64,000 bases of DNA from Lytechinus pictus (Eukaryota): NCBI RefSeq assembly GCF_037042905.1, contig NC_087250.1, positions 26,414,001 through 26,478,000 of the forward strand, in the 5' to 3' direction. Under the pieces are notes generated by a model, which saw only the letters and a list, made by a program, of their open reading frames with translations, was not told the origin of the DNA and did not search any database. Position numbers and translations under genes: made by a program. The first letter of the stretch is position 1. Every line of letters begins with the position of its first letter. Of this stretch, positions 62,971 to 64,000 are shown in pieces.

Positions 62971-64000
62971 TAAAACGTTTGTCCCAGATGTATCATAGCA
63001 TCTGCAAAGTGATTAGAAATTTGATATAAAAAAATATACTATGTATACATAAACTTAAGTTCAAGTTCAACCTTCTTATATTTGCATTCATGGGGCGTGG
63101 ATAATAAAAACATAACATAAAACGTGTTTATGATGTATCAATTTGTAATTTCGATAAAGAATTTTCGCAAATTCAACCCAAGCACGCATCAACTGAAATG
63201 AAAATCTAAAACAAATCACAAGTACATTTTGTTCATTCGTCATCTTCTTCATATTTATCCAAGTTGTCACATTATCAGTGATGTTCGATGTGAGCTTCTC
63301 CGATTGGTCCTCCTTTTTTAATTGGAATAATCAGGACAATGGGTTCAACATAAAATACTTAATCGTTTAGAGTGCTCAGGAAAAAGGAGGACATTTGAAT
63401 AATTGAATAATTTCCTTATCAACGCAAATTACCATGACAGGCTCACAATCTTAATGTTTTGAAGGGATGCTCCGGGCAGTAAAATTTGAAGATAAAAATG
63501 CTAATTTTTTTAATCAAAATCAGAAACAAATAACGAAGTTATTGCATTTTAAAGATTTGCACTTTTCCGGTGAAACAGTTCTAGCATATATTCATGAATA
63601 TTCATTAGGTGGGCTGATGATGTCATATCCCCATTTGTTTTTTTGTACATGTATTTTATTATATGAATTTGGGTTTATTCAAAATGTATCTACCAAGAAA
63701 TAAAACAGTTCGATTGACAACTGATTAAGTGCATTAGATATTCATCGCTGCAATTTATTTCGTCATAATGGAGACACATCATTGACACATTTATGAAAAA
63801 ATGAAATAATTATGATTTCATGTAATAACATGAGAAAAAGGAAAGTAAGGATGTGACATCATCAGCCCATGTGATGAATATTCATGAAGGCATGCCTAAA
63901 ACTATTCAAACGGAATAATGCAAATATTTAGAATTCATTAACTTTGTTAATTGTTATTCGATTTTGATGAAATTTCCAGCATTTTGCTTAACGAATTTTT

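Overview
AT-rich eukaryotic genomic DNA. The repeat content suggests a deuterostome invertebrate, probably a sea urchin (inference). The window holds two tandem minus-strand copies of an SLC5/SSS sodium:solute symporter gene of the NIS/SMCT/SMVT (SLC5A5/6/8/12) branch. Copy B (CDS 30096-59424) is complete: 15 GT-AG coding exons assembled by hand into a 1905-nt, 634-aa ORF. Copy A has coding exons 1-9 (759-22125) and runs off the left edge. Positions ~1-24800 are paralogous to ~39690-63190, so empty versus filled sites define many transposon insertions with their TSDs: three large foldback elements, a nested Harbinger-like element, Tc1-, Kolobok-, piggyBac- and hAT-type MITEs, LINE fragments and SINEs. 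The main leads are four. (1) A SINE has a 7SL-like head. (2) Several retroposed RNAs, including that SINE and an intron-containing pre-tRNA-Tyr chimera, sit at the same GAATAA position of a foldback's internal repeat unit. (3) The few amino-acid differences between the paralogs concentrate at positions aligning to NIS substrate-pocket residues. (4) A tRNA-like cloverleaf with a UCA loop was hit by different foldbacks in each copy. All alignments and counts were done by eye; reference sequences and numbering are recalled and need checking.
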